Positions 20,410-28,786 of a DNA stretch of 32,000 bases are shown piece by piece. The notes below the pieces were generated by a model. It was not told where the DNA came from. It saw nothing but the letters and a program-made list of their open reading frames with translations, and made no database searches. The position numbers were made by a program, and so were the translations under genes. Numbering within the stretch: the first letter of the stretch is position 1; every line of letters starts with the position of its first letter. Source of the stretch: Archaeoglobus fulgidus DSM 4304. Lineage in GTDB: Archaea; Halobacteriota; Archaeoglobi; Archaeoglobales; Archaeoglobaceae. The stretch lies in contig NC_000917.1 of the NCBI RefSeq assembly GCF_000008665.1, positions 1,710,001 to 1,742,000 on the forward strand. Reading direction: 5' to 3'.

Positions 20410-21123
20410 GTGATGGAGATGCTCATCATAAAGCCCAAAACCGAGTTTGTTGTCACAGTCGAGGCAGAGCTCACACCTGATCTGGCTGAGATGGACGTTG
20501 ATGAGGTGAAAAAGTTCAAGGTTTACTACGGCAAGGACTTGGTTGAGCTTGGAGAGCTGTTTGAGGTGACAAAGGATGGCGATGACAAGAAGCTTTTGCT
20601 TGATGGCGACTTCAGCAGGGTGAAGTGGATCGGCTGCAGAATGACGGATGGAGAGATAGTTGTGAAGGGCAGCGTTGGGGCGAACTGCGGAGCTTACATG
20701 GCGGGCGGAAAAATCGTCATCGAGGGCAACGCTGACGACTGGCTTGGGGCAGAGATGAAGGACGGCGAAATAATCGTGAAGGGCAACGCTGCAAACCTTG
20801 TGGGCTGCGCTTACTACGGAGATGCAACGGGAATGAGCGGTGGCAAGATTCTCATTGAGGGCAACGCCGGAAACTACATCGGCGAAAAGATGGCTGGAGG
20901 AGAGATTGAGATCAAGGGCAATGCGGGAGATTTCATTGGGACAGAGATGAAGGGCGGGACAATAATCATCCACGGAAGCTGCGGGTTTGTTGGAGGGGAC
21001 ATGAAAGCAGGAGAAATCAAAATCGGCGGAGAGTTCGAGCTGATGCCCACCTTCGTAAGGCAGGAGGATGCTTGGGTTGGGGATGTGAACGTCAAGGGAG
21101 AGGGAGTTGTTAAGAGGCTTTAA
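20410..21123 (+). CDS. fwdC: Formylmethanofuran dehydrogenase subunit C (beta-helix, glutamate-synthase-C-like)
   Basis: Repeated GxxxGxxxG units (GEIVVKGSVGANCGAYM / GKIVIEGNADDWLGAEM / GEIIVKGNAANLVGCAYYG...). ORF opens with GTG 20410; ATG 20419 may be the true start. Confidence 0.95.
   Translation: MMEMLIIKPKTEFVVTVEAELTPDLAEMDVDEVKKFKVYYGKDLVELGELFEVTKDGDDKKLLLDGDFSRVKWIGCRMTDGEIVVKGSVGANCGAYMAGGKIVIEGNADDWLGAEMKDGEIIVKGNAANLVGCAYYGDATGMSGGKILIEGNAGNYIGEKMAGGEIEIKGNAGDFIGTEMKGGTIIIHGSCGFVGGDMKAGEIKIGGEFELMPTFVRQEDAWVGDVNVKGEGVVKRL
20650..21040 (+). repeat. Tandem degenerate protein-level repeat (GG-[KE]-I-x-[VI]-x-G-x-A-G-x-x-[IV]-G) coding for the FwdC beta-helix
   Basis: At least six consecutive imperfect units readable in the ORF translation. 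Confidence 0.8.
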
Positions 21124-21140
21124 TTTTTTCTTTTTTGTTT
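21122..21140 (+). terminator. T-rich termination tract at the 3' end of fwdDBAC
   Basis: TAATTTTTTCTTTTTTGTTTT immediately after the fwdC stop; archaeal poly-T type. Confidence 0.45.
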
Positions 21141-21180
21141 TATAAATTGTCTCTTAATTGTAAAAAGCTCATGATAAACC

Positions 21181-21188
21181 TTAAATAA
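21181..21188 (+). promoter_or_regulatory. TATA-like box (TTAAATAA) for the acyl-CoA ligase gene
   Basis: Centre about 24 nt upstream of ATG 21208. Confidence 0.5.
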
Positions 21189-21207
21189 TTCCAGAAACAC
21201 CGTTTTT

Positions 21208-22737
21208 ATGGTTCGGGAATTCGATTATATCTGGCAGTATCTTGACCACTGGGCTGATGTAGATGAAAAATATCCTGCTATAAAATTCAAGGACAAAGAA
21301 ATCAGCTACGGTGAGCTGAAGGAGAATGCTAATCGTCTTGCGGCATCACTACTAAAACTTGGAGTTGGTAAGGGAGACAGAGTCGCCACAGTTCTCCCAA
21401 TGACACCTGAATATGTCTGCACTTTTTTAGCATGCTCCAAAATTGGAGCAATCTGCGTTCCGATGGATGTCAGGTACAGAACGGCAGAACTTAGGAGGTT
21501 TTTGAGTCATGCGGAGCCGAAAGTTATAATCTCAGTTGAAAGCTTTCAGGAGAACAATCAAAGAAAAATCCTTGATGAAATAAAGGAAGAGATCGGAAAC
21601 CCCGAAATTTTCTTTGTAGGGGAGTTTGACGAACTGCTTAAAAGTGAACCCTTGGGGAAAGCTGTAGAGCAAGAACCGAACGATGATATCCTGATAATCT
21701 TTACTGGAGGGACTACTGGTGTTCCAAAGGCTACACTCCTCTCCCACATAAACATAGTGTCAATGGCACTCGGCGAGTTAAAAAGTATTATCAGGTACAT
21801 CGGAAGGGAAGAGAGAATGAACATGCTCGTACACCTTCCTCCAAGCCATGTCGGAGGCACAACAGAATTGCTCGCAACAGGATTGGTAAACGGCTCGAAA
21901 ATGGTACTTATAGACCACTGGAGGCCGGATACAGTGCTAAAAGAGCTAAAAGAGGAAAAAATAGCGTTCTTTGGTGCCGTTCCTACGATGTTTGCTCTAA
22001 TCTTCTCCTTGAATGTGCCACTCCCGCCTGTCGAGCTTCTTGTAACTGCTGGCGAGAAACTGAATCCTGAACTCCTTAAAAGAATGATGCAGTGGTGTGA
22101 GAAGATTGGAGTTGGCTACGGTTCAACAGAAACGGCCGGCTTTGCGACCTTCTCTCTGCCAGAGGATGACCCATTGAAGTTCACCGAGGGTTATGTAGGC
22201 GTACCGTTCGAGGGAGTGGATGTGAGAATCGTTGATGATGAGGGGAACGAGCTACCAGATGGAGAAATCGGAGAGGTCTTGGTAAAGGGACCGATGGTGA
22301 GCAAAGGGTATTTCAGGCAGCCTGAAGAGACAGAGAAGGGGTTCAGAGATGGCTACTGGGTCAGCGGAGACCTGGGATTTAAAAAGGGGAAGGAGTTGTA
22401 CATTGTAGGCAGAAAGAAGGAGGTGATAAGAGTAGGTAGCTACACGGTGCTCCCTTCAGAAGTTGAGGAGGTTGTGATGAAAAATCCCAAAGTTGGGATA
22501 GCTGCAGCCTTCGGTTATCCCCACGAAATATATGGGGAAGTGGTATGGGTTGCGGTCGTTCCCAGAGCAGGAGAGGTAGTCAGTGAAGAGGAAATTATCG
22601 AAGCATGCAAGAAAGAGCTGGCAGACTTCAAAGTACCGAGAAAAGTGCTGATAATGGACTCCATTCCGCTTACGAGGCTCGGAAAGGCAGACAGGATAAA
22701 GCTAAAGGAAATCATTTTGAAGGAGTTTTTCGAATGA
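21208..22737 (+). CDS. AMP-dependent acyl-CoA synthetase/ligase (long-chain-fatty-acid-CoA ligase-like)
   Basis: ILIIFTGGTTGVPKATLLSH (P-loop), GYGSTET, YWVSGDLGFKKGKELYIVGRKKEVIRVGSYTVLPSEVEEV, DFKVPRKVLIMDSIPLTRLGKADRIKL. Confidence 0.93.
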   Translation: MVREFDYIWQYLDHWADVDEKYPAIKFKDKEISYGELKENANRLAASLLKLGVGKGDRVATVLPMTPEYVCTFLACSKIGAICVPMDVRYRTAELRRFLSHAEPKVIISVESFQENNQRKILDEIKEEIGNPEIFFVGEFDELLKSEPLGKAVEQEPNDDILIIFTGGTTGVPKATLLSHINIVSMALGELKSIIRYIGREERMNMLVHLPPSHVGGTTELLATGLVNGSKMVLIDHWRPDTVLKELKEEKIAFFGAVPTMFALIFSLNVPLPPVELLVTAGEKLNPELLKRMMQWCEKIGVGYGSTETAGFATFSLPEDDPLKFTEGYVGVPFEGVDVRIVDDEGNELPDGEIGEVLVKGPMVSKGYFRQPEETEKGFRDGYWVSGDLGFKKGKELYIVGRKKEVIRVGSYTVLPSEVEEVVMKNPKVGIAAAFGYPHEIYGEVVWVAVVPRAGEVVSEEEIIEACKKELADFKVPRKVLIMDSIPLTRLGKADRIKLKEIILKEFFE

Positions 22738-23176
22738 GGGCAGAGTAGAGCGCCGTCAGCACAAGCTCGCCCCTCTGATTTTTTACTTCAAGCTTGTAAG
22801 TAACAACTCCACTTTTTTCGTCGAAATCCTGCTTTTCGACAACCTCCGCTGAAGCCGCGATGGTGTCTCCGATGAAGACCGGCCTCAGAAACCTCACATC
22901 CTTTATGCCAAAAAACGCAATTACTGAGCTAACGTCGTAGTTGGAGAGGATTACTTGGTCAACCATTCCGAGAGCTATGCTGAGGACGAGCATACCCTGG
23001 GCAATAGGCTTTCCAAAAATGGTCTTCTTGGCAAATTCCACATCGGTATGCAAGGGGAAAAAGTCTGCTGTTAGGTAGGCAAAGGTCCAGATGTCCGTTT
23101 CAGTTACAGTTCTCGGCAACCCCTCTATTTTTTCTCCGATCTGGATGGATTCGAAGTAAATAGGATTTCTGGCCAT
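22712..23176 (-). CDS. MaoC-like (R)-specific enoyl-CoA hydratase / dehydratase
   Basis: YFESIQIGEKIEGLPRTVTETDIWTFAYLTADFFPLHTDVEFAKKTIFGKPIAQGMLVLSIALG hot-dog hydratase motif; start MARNP at 23176 preferred over the ORF start at 23248 based on homology boundary and TATA spacing. Confidence 0.87.
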   Translation of the reverse strand: MARNPIYFESIQIGEKIEGLPRTVTETDIWTFAYLTADFFPLHTDVEFAKKTIFGKPIAQGMLVLSIALGMVDQVILSNYDVSSVIAFFGIKDVRFLRPVFIGDTIAASAEVVEKQDFDEKSGVVTYKLEVKNQRGELVLTALYSALIRKTPSK

Positions 23177-23244
23177 GATTATTCTCGGAAAGTCCATTAT
23201 AAATATGTATTTGTTGGGTGTGCTATGGAAAATACTGAGAATCC

Positions 23245-24096
23245 TCAATCACACGGCACTATAAGCACAGGCAGGACTGAGTTTCTGATGACTATCTCCG
23301 CAGTGCTTCCCATCAGCAGTTGAAGAATGTTCCTTCCTCTCTTGCCTATCACTATCAGCGTTGCACCCACTGATGGGGCGGTCATGAGTATTTCTTTGGA
23401 GGCATCTCCGCTATGAACCACAACCTCGGACGGAAAGTCAAGTTTTTCGGCAATTTCCTTCAGTTTCTGTGTTGCTTTCTGTATGTTTTCCTCCACCTCA
23501 CTCTCCTTTCCGTAGTCAACGACGTGCAATAAAATCGCTTCCTTAACGAGCTCTTTGAAAAGTTCAGTAGTCTGTATTATTTTTTCTGTGCACTTCGAGA
23601 AGTCCAAAGCAAACAGTGGACGGTCAAAGACTCTCCTCGCATCCCAGTAGCACTTAACGGCTTTTTTACCTCTATCCCACTCATATCTAACCAGCAGAAC
23701 CGGTTTCTTTGCGACTCTGGCGACATTGGCAGCGGTGGAGCCGATAAGCATTTCCCTAATTATGTTCTCTCCTTTCATGGGCATGTAAATCAAATCCACA
23801 TTTTCCTCCTCTGCAATCTTCGCAATCTCCAATGCTGGAGTTCCAAGCCTTACGACCCTCTCGCGTTTATCCCCATCTCTCTGAACTCTTCGGCAATTTT
23901 CTCTATCATATCCGTGTACTTTTTTCAAGCTTTTCTGCAACTTCAAGCTCCTGAGGAGATTGCAGGTCAACATCAAGCGCGTGAAAGAGAATGAGCTCGT
24001 GAGTGCGCCCGTGGAAAAGAATTTCGGAATGCAGTTACCGAACGCATACTCCGAAACCACAGAGAAATCGACAGGAAACAGGACTTTCTTTATCAC
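23245..24096 (-). CDS. Tandem UspA-domain universal stress protein with a frame-disrupted segment in domain 1
   Basis: GTG 24096 after AAGGAGGTGG; MIKKVLFPVDFSVVSEYAF...VVRLGTPALEIAKIAEEENVDLIYMP...GSTAANVARVAKKPVLLV; second domain GKRGRNILQLLMGSTAEIVIRNSVLPVLIV. Confidence 0.85.
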   Translation of the reverse strand: MIKKVLFPVDFSVVSEYAFGNCIPKFFSTGALTSSFSFTRLMLTCNLLRSLKLQKSLKKVHGYDRENCRRVQRDGDKRERVVRLGTPALEIAKIAEEENVDLIYMPMKGENIIREMLIGSTAANVARVAKKPVLLVRYEWDRGKKAVKCYWDARRVFDRPLFALDFSKCTEKIIQTTELFKELVKEAILLHVVDYGKESEVEENIQKATQKLKEIAEKLDFPSEVVVHSGDASKEILMTAPSVGATLIVIGKRGRNILQLLMGSTAEIVIRNSVLPVLIVPCD

Positions 24097-24174
24097 AATG
24101 CCACCTCCTTGTAAAGGTTTAAAACTTAAAAATTTTCCGACAGAGTCACGATTAAAAAGGAAAATAAAAAAGAG

Positions 24175-25125
24175 TTATTCTTCCAGAACAATCTGGTATG
24201 ACTGGAAGAGCACTTCTGCGTTCAGCTTTCCGTGGACGTAAGTTTTGCCAGTCTCAAGGTCGTTTACCGCAATCTGCGCTGGTGCGAAGAGGTTGGGGTC
24301 AATCTTGTAGAAGTCGTAGTTGGCTGCCTTAAAGATTTCATAGAAAGGCTTACCGTAATCTCTGCTCGTGCAGCTCGGTACGTTCTTCAGGATTTCGTCG
24401 TATTTCTTCACGGTTAGGAAAACGCTTCCGTAATACATCATGCTGTCGTTGGTGGAGCCCATGGCTTTCAAGTCGTTCTCAAGAATTGGCGAAATTGGAC
24501 ACCTCCCGGCTCCGCTGACGATTAGCTTTGGATCATATCCTATTTCGTTCATCTTGAAAATTGCGGTCTCAACAATTCTTCCTGAAATCTGCACGCTTCC
24601 CACAATCGAGGCTGTGGGGGCAACTAGGGCGTAGACGTTCTCAGGGTCGACGTCACACTCTTTGGCAATGAACTCCATAACCTTCTCGTCGGGAAGCTGG
24701 TTAGCTTCGAGAGCAATAACTGCAACATCGGCATCATCTTCATACTCAATTCTCTCGTAGGTTTTCTTTGGCTTCAGGGCGAGGGCTCTTGCAGGGCCAC
24801 TTCCCATTGCGAAGTACTTGTCGACCTTTATCTGCCATCCGGCCTTCTGGCTGCCGAGACAGGCTATAGCCGGATGGTCGGTGTACTCCGTAACGAAGGC
24901 GAAGGGCACGTCGTTGATGGTGTCAACGACAATATCGACGTCCGCCAAGCCACCCATGCAGACCTGTGTGTACATTATTCCAGCATCGTAACTTCCCGGT
25001 ACGTTCACTCCGCAGTCCACAACAATAGCGCCATTTTCAAGCTTTTTAGACTCAATTCTCAGCTCCTCTTCATAATCCAGCATGTCTTCAACGATTTCTG
25101 CTGCAATCTCATTTACGCTTAACAT
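24175..25125 (-). CDS. mch: Methenyltetrahydromethanopterin cyclohydrolase
   Basis: [49 protein letters not shown]...[12 protein letters not shown]...[12 protein letters not shown]...[10 protein letters not shown]; GAGGTGG RBS. Confidence 0.96.
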
Positions 25126-25174
25126 TTTACCACCTCAAAAGACCACTAACATTGGAGTTTTTATTTTTTATCTT

Positions 25175-25858
25175 TTAATCTTCTTCACTCTCAAACCACC
25201 CGACAATATCCTTAGAGCCCATCAGCTTCAGGTACTCCTTGAGCATTCGCGGAAATTTTGCGGCCTCAACAAACCTCAAACCGAGCCTCTCGCTCCACTT
25301 CCTTATTCCGGCATCGCTGCTGACAACCCCCGCCTCCAGTTCCTTGGCCAGAAGGAGAACATCCAAGTCGGGAGCGCTGTCGAGAATGCCTTGCCTCATC
25401 ACCGCTCTGTACTTGTCCCTGAATTTGGAGATGAGAGCACCAATCTCCTCCTCAATCTTGCTCTTATCTTCAAGTTTCGCCGTAATGGCGGAGGATTCGA
25501 GAATGTACTCCTCGGCAAGCCTTCTCCCTCTGTTCATTTTCTGCCTTACAGTGATTATGTACTCGTAAAATATCGCCGCCGGAATTTTAACCTCATACCT
25601 GTTCGGGGTTTTTTTAACAAGCCACGTGTCGAGCTTTGTGAATATCTCCTCATCGCAACCATATCTTTTCAAAAAGCTCGTTAATTCGGTGTAAACGGAG
25701 GGATAGGGGATGTAACAGCTAATGTCCAGCTTGAGCCTTGCAAGAGCGATGAGGTCCAAAACCTCCGCAGCGGACTCACACAGGGACTCGTAGCCTTCCT
25801 TGATTCTCAGCCCCGCATCCGTTATAGCCGTAGTGTCGAGAACGAACCTCTGCCTCAT
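25175..25858 (-). CDS. PIN-domain protein, HARP (homolog of Aquifex RNase P) / 'RNA ligase partner' MJ1548 family
   Basis: FVLDTTAITD near the N-terminus and RDKYRAVMRQGILDSAPDLDVLLLAKELEAGVVSSDAGIRKWSERLGLRFV, closely resembling the conserved C-terminal block of the Aquifex protein-only RNase P. Confidence 0.85.
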   Translation of the reverse strand: MRQRFVLDTTAITDAGLRIKEGYESLCESAAEVLDLIALARLKLDISCYIPYPSVYTELTSFLKRYGCDEEIFTKLDTWLVKKTPNRYEVKIPAAIFYEYIITVRQKMNRGRRLAEEYILESSAITAKLEDKSKIEEEIGALISKFRDKYRAVMRQGILDSAPDLDVLLLAKELEAGVVSSDAGIRKWSERLGLRFVEAAKFPRMLKEYLKLMGSKDIVGWFESEED

Positions 25859-25893
25859 TCATTGGAAATATACACGACAATATAAGTACTTTC

Positions 25894-26652
25894 TCATGGA
25901 CACAGGGCTTTGAAAAGCCTCTTTCCTGCAACAAGTTCCCTTCTCTCTCCCTCAAAACTGTCAATCCAAACCGAGAGCGCTTCAGAAATCTCAACAAAGC
26001 TTTTGGATGACTCACTCATCGGTGAGGAGAAGATAACCGGCCTGCCGGAAGCCATCGCCTTTTTAATGGCTTCATCGTATGGGATCTCTGCGATTACGTT
26101 ACCTATGAGTGCTTCGACATCATCAATCTCCACCTCCCCCTCCTCCACCTTGTTTAGCACAACACCGGCAAAGTCAGCCTTCAGCTTTTCAATAATCCTG
26201 GGTAACGGTAATGCAGCCTCCAATGATGCAGCCTCCGGCTTAATCACCAGTAAAACCGAGGTGGCTGCGTAGATTGCCAGAACGGAGTCATGGCAAAGAC
26301 CACCCGGAACATCGAGGAAAAGCACGTCCGCCGACTCCTCAACCCTTTCGAGTAAATCCCTCAAATTTGCTTTTCTAAACTCCTTGATGCTCATACCTGC
26401 AGGTATAACCTCCACTCCCGAAATTCCGCTGTAAAAGATGTCATCGACAGAAGCAAATCCGTCGATTACATTCTTGGCCGTGAGAGGGACGTCATCGACT
26501 TTGCAGAGAGAGGATAGTGCTGGTAAAGATGGGTCGAAATCGATAACGGCAACTCTGTAATCTTTTTGAGCCATTAAAACCGACAAATTAACTGTCAGCG
26601 TGCTTTTTCCCTCAGACTCTTTTCCTGAGACTGCCGCCAAAACTTCCCTCAT
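25894..26652 (-). CDS. MinD/ParA-like P-loop ATPase
   Basis: MREVLAAVSGKESEGKSTLTVNLSVLMAQKDYRVAVIDFDPSLPALSSL...VEVIPAG...DVLFLDVPGGL...VVLNKV. The ORF extends to 26946 but the N-terminal 98 aa are non-homologous and antisense to acd; ATG 26652 starts the fold. Confidence 0.9.
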   Translation of the reverse strand: MREVLAAVSGKESEGKSTLTVNLSVLMAQKDYRVAVIDFDPSLPALSSLCKVDDVPLTAKNVIDGFASVDDIFYSGISGVEVIPAGMSIKEFRKANLRDLLERVEESADVLFLDVPGGLCHDSVLAIYAATSVLLVIKPEAASLEAALPLPRIIEKLKADFAGVVLNKVEEGEVEIDDVEALIGNVIAEIPYDEAIKKAMASGRPVIFSSPMSESSKSFVEISEALSVWIDSFEGERRELVAGKRLFKALCP

Positions 26653-26764
26653 CGATAATGTCTTATTTTTAAAATAATTAAATTTTTTGTATTGCTGCTG
26701 AACTGCCATAAAGAGCGAGAAATCATCTGAAAAGCATTTTAAATCCCTAATTCCACCAGCCTTC

Positions 26765-28786
26765 ATGCTACTCCTCGAACACGAATCCAAAGCTCTGCTG
26801 GAAAAGTACGGCATAAAGACTGCAAAGTGCATCTTCTGCGAAACAGAAGAGCAGGCTGTTAAAGCTGCGAAGGAAATCGGCTTTCCCGTTGTGATGAAGG
26901 TTGCAGGGAGGGAAATTGTGCACAAAAGCGATGTTGGTGGAGTCATTCTTAACGTTAAATCGGAGGATGAGGTTAGAGAGGTTTTTCAAAGGCTGATGTC
27001 CATTCCAAAGGCTGAGGGAGTTAACATTCAGCCCCAGCTTGAGAAGGGGATCGAGGTTATTGTTGGCGTTGCAGAGAACGAGCAGTTTGGAAGCGTTGCA
27101 ATGTTTGGGCTTGGTGGTGTTTTTGTTGAGGTTCTGAAGGATGTCAGTTTCCGGCTTTTGCCCTTAACAAGGAGAGATGCGGAGGAGATGGTTAGGGAGG
27201 TTAAGGGGTATAAATTGTTGGAGGGTTACAGAAGAGTTAAGGGGGATGTTGGGGCTGTTGTTGATTTGCTGCTTAAGCTGAATGAGGTTGTTGAGAGGGA
27301 GAGTATAGTGGAGATGGACCTGAATCCTGTGTTTGTTTATGAGAGAGGAGCTGTTGTCGCAGACGCGAGGATAGTTGTTGGGGAGAGGAAGAGGTTCGAC
27401 TACACGATTCCGGATTTGCGGGACCTTTTCTACCCGAAAAGCGTTGCCGTCATAGGAGCTTCAAGAACTGTAGGCAAGCCGGGATTTAACATAGTCTGGA
27501 ATTTAAAGCAGAATGGGTTTATGGGTAAAATTTACCCGGTAAATCCGAACGCTGACAAGATACTCGAATTGAAGTGCTACCCCTCAATTCTAGACATCCC
27601 GGATGAGGTGGACATGGCGATAATTGCCGTTCCGGCTAAAATTGTTCCGGAAGTGATGGCGGAGTGCGCTCAGAAGGGAATCAAAGGAGCGGTCATAGTG
27701 AGCTCGGGCTTCAGCGAGGAAGGGGAGAAGGGGGCTGAATACGAGAGAAGGGTGCTCGAAATTGCCAAGAAGCACGGAATAAGGATTTTCGGCCCTAACA
27801 CGACGGGCGTGCTCAACACGGAAAACGGATTCATTACATCCTTTGCAATCCAGCCCGTCATCAAGAAGGGAAACATCGGCATAATCGCACAGACGGGGCT
27901 ATTCCTCGGAATTATGATGGATATAGTCACGTCAAACCATCCGAGCATAGGCTTCAGCAAAATCGTAGGAATGGGAAACAAAATCGATGTGGAGGACTAC
28001 GAGGTTCTCGATTTTCTGCTGAAAGATGAGCAGACGAAGGTAATAGGCATTTACATGGAAGGAATAAAGAATGGCAGGGCTTTTTACGATGTTGCCTCCA
28101 GTGCTGAGAAGCCCATCGTGGTTTTCAAGAGCGGAAGGACGGAGTACGGGCAAAAGGCCGCAATGAGCCACACGGCTTCAATTTGCGGAGACGATGACGT
28201 TTTCGATGCCGTGTGCAGGCAAGCGAACCTCGTAAGGGTTTACAGCTTCGACGAGCTTTTCGACGTGACCAAAGCCTTTTCGCTCCAGCCCCTTCCAAAA
28301 GGGGACAGGGTGGCAATCATCCACTACACCGGTTCTGGTTGTGTTCAGGGGTCAGACGCTGCATACTTTGCCGGATTAAAGCTAGCAGAATTTTCAAAAG
28401 ATACTGTTGATAAAATAAGTGAAGTCACACCCGAATGGCACAACGTGAACAACCCAATTGATATATGGCCAATGGTGGAATACTACGGAGCCTTCAAGGC
28501 TTATCAGACCGCAATAGAAGCTGTAATGGAGGATGAAGGCGTGGATTCGGTCATCGCGTGCGTATGGGCAAACAGGCTCATCAACGCCGACTTTGAGCCG
28601 GATTACAAGAGCCTCAAGAAGTACGGCAAGCCCATCTACTTCTGCGTTGAGGGGGCAAGAGACGTCGTTTTCGACCACAAAAATGCCCTTGAGCTTAACG
28701 GTATTCCCGTTTACACCAACGTGATAAACGCGGTGAATGTTCTCGGAAAGGTGACGAAATACGCAAAAAGGAGAATTCAGTCGTGA
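26765..28786 (+). CDS. acd: ADP-forming acyl-CoA (acetyl-CoA) synthetase, single chain in beta-alpha order
   Basis: N-terminal ATP-grasp (LLEHESKALLEKYGIKTAKC...VVMKVAGREIVHKSDVGGVILNVK) then CoA-binding domain (LFYPKSVAVIGASRTVGKPGFNIVWNLKQNGFMGKIYPVNP) and KSGRTEYGQKAAMSHTAS. Confidence 0.92.
   Translation: MLLLEHESKALLEKYGIKTAKCIFCETEEQAVKAAKEIGFPVVMKVAGREIVHKSDVGGVILNVKSEDEVREVFQRLMSIPKAEGVNIQPQLEKGIEVIVGVAENEQFGSVAMFGLGGVFVEVLKDVSFRLLPLTRRDAEEMVREVKGYKLLEGYRRVKGDVGAVVDLLLKLNEVVERESIVEMDLNPVFVYERGAVVADARIVVGERKRFDYTIPDLRDLFYPKSVAVIGASRTVGKPGFNIVWNLKQNGFMGKIYPVNPNADKILELKCYPSILDIPDEVDMAIIAVPAKIVPEVMAECAQKGIKGAVIVSSGFSEEGEKGAEYERRVLEIAKKHGIRIFGPNTTGVLNTENGFITSFAIQPVIKKGNIGIIAQTGLFLGIMMDIVTSNHPSIGFSKIVGMGNKIDVEDYEVLDFLLKDEQTKVIGIYMEGIKNGRAFYDVASSAEKPIVVFKSGRTEYGQKAAMSHTASICGDDDVFDAVCRQANLVRVYSFDELFDVTKAFSLQPLPKGDRVAIIHYTGSGCVQGSDAAYFAGLKLAEFSKDTVDKISEVTPEWHNVNNPIDIWPMVEYYGAFKAYQTAIEAVMEDEGVDSVIACVWANRLINADFEPDYKSLKKYGKPIYFCVEGARDVVFDHKNALELNGIPVYTNVINAVNVLGKVTKYAKRRIQS

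Noticed and set aside
19980-20973. Antisense ORFs opposite fwdA and fwdC (179 aa and 198 aa)
   Set aside because: The apparent repetitive protein at 20377-20973 mirrors the FwdC beta-helix repeat read backwards, so it is not independent evidence of a gene.
20650-21040. Possible tandem DNA repeat or CRISPR-like array
   Set aside because: The repeats are degenerate glycine-rich protein repeats typical of FwdC beta-helices, with no conserved DNA repeat or unique spacers.
26653-26946. N-terminal 98 aa of the MinD-like ORF
   Set aside because: Antisense to the start of acd, across the acd promoter, with no homology; the P-loop fold begins at ATG 26652.
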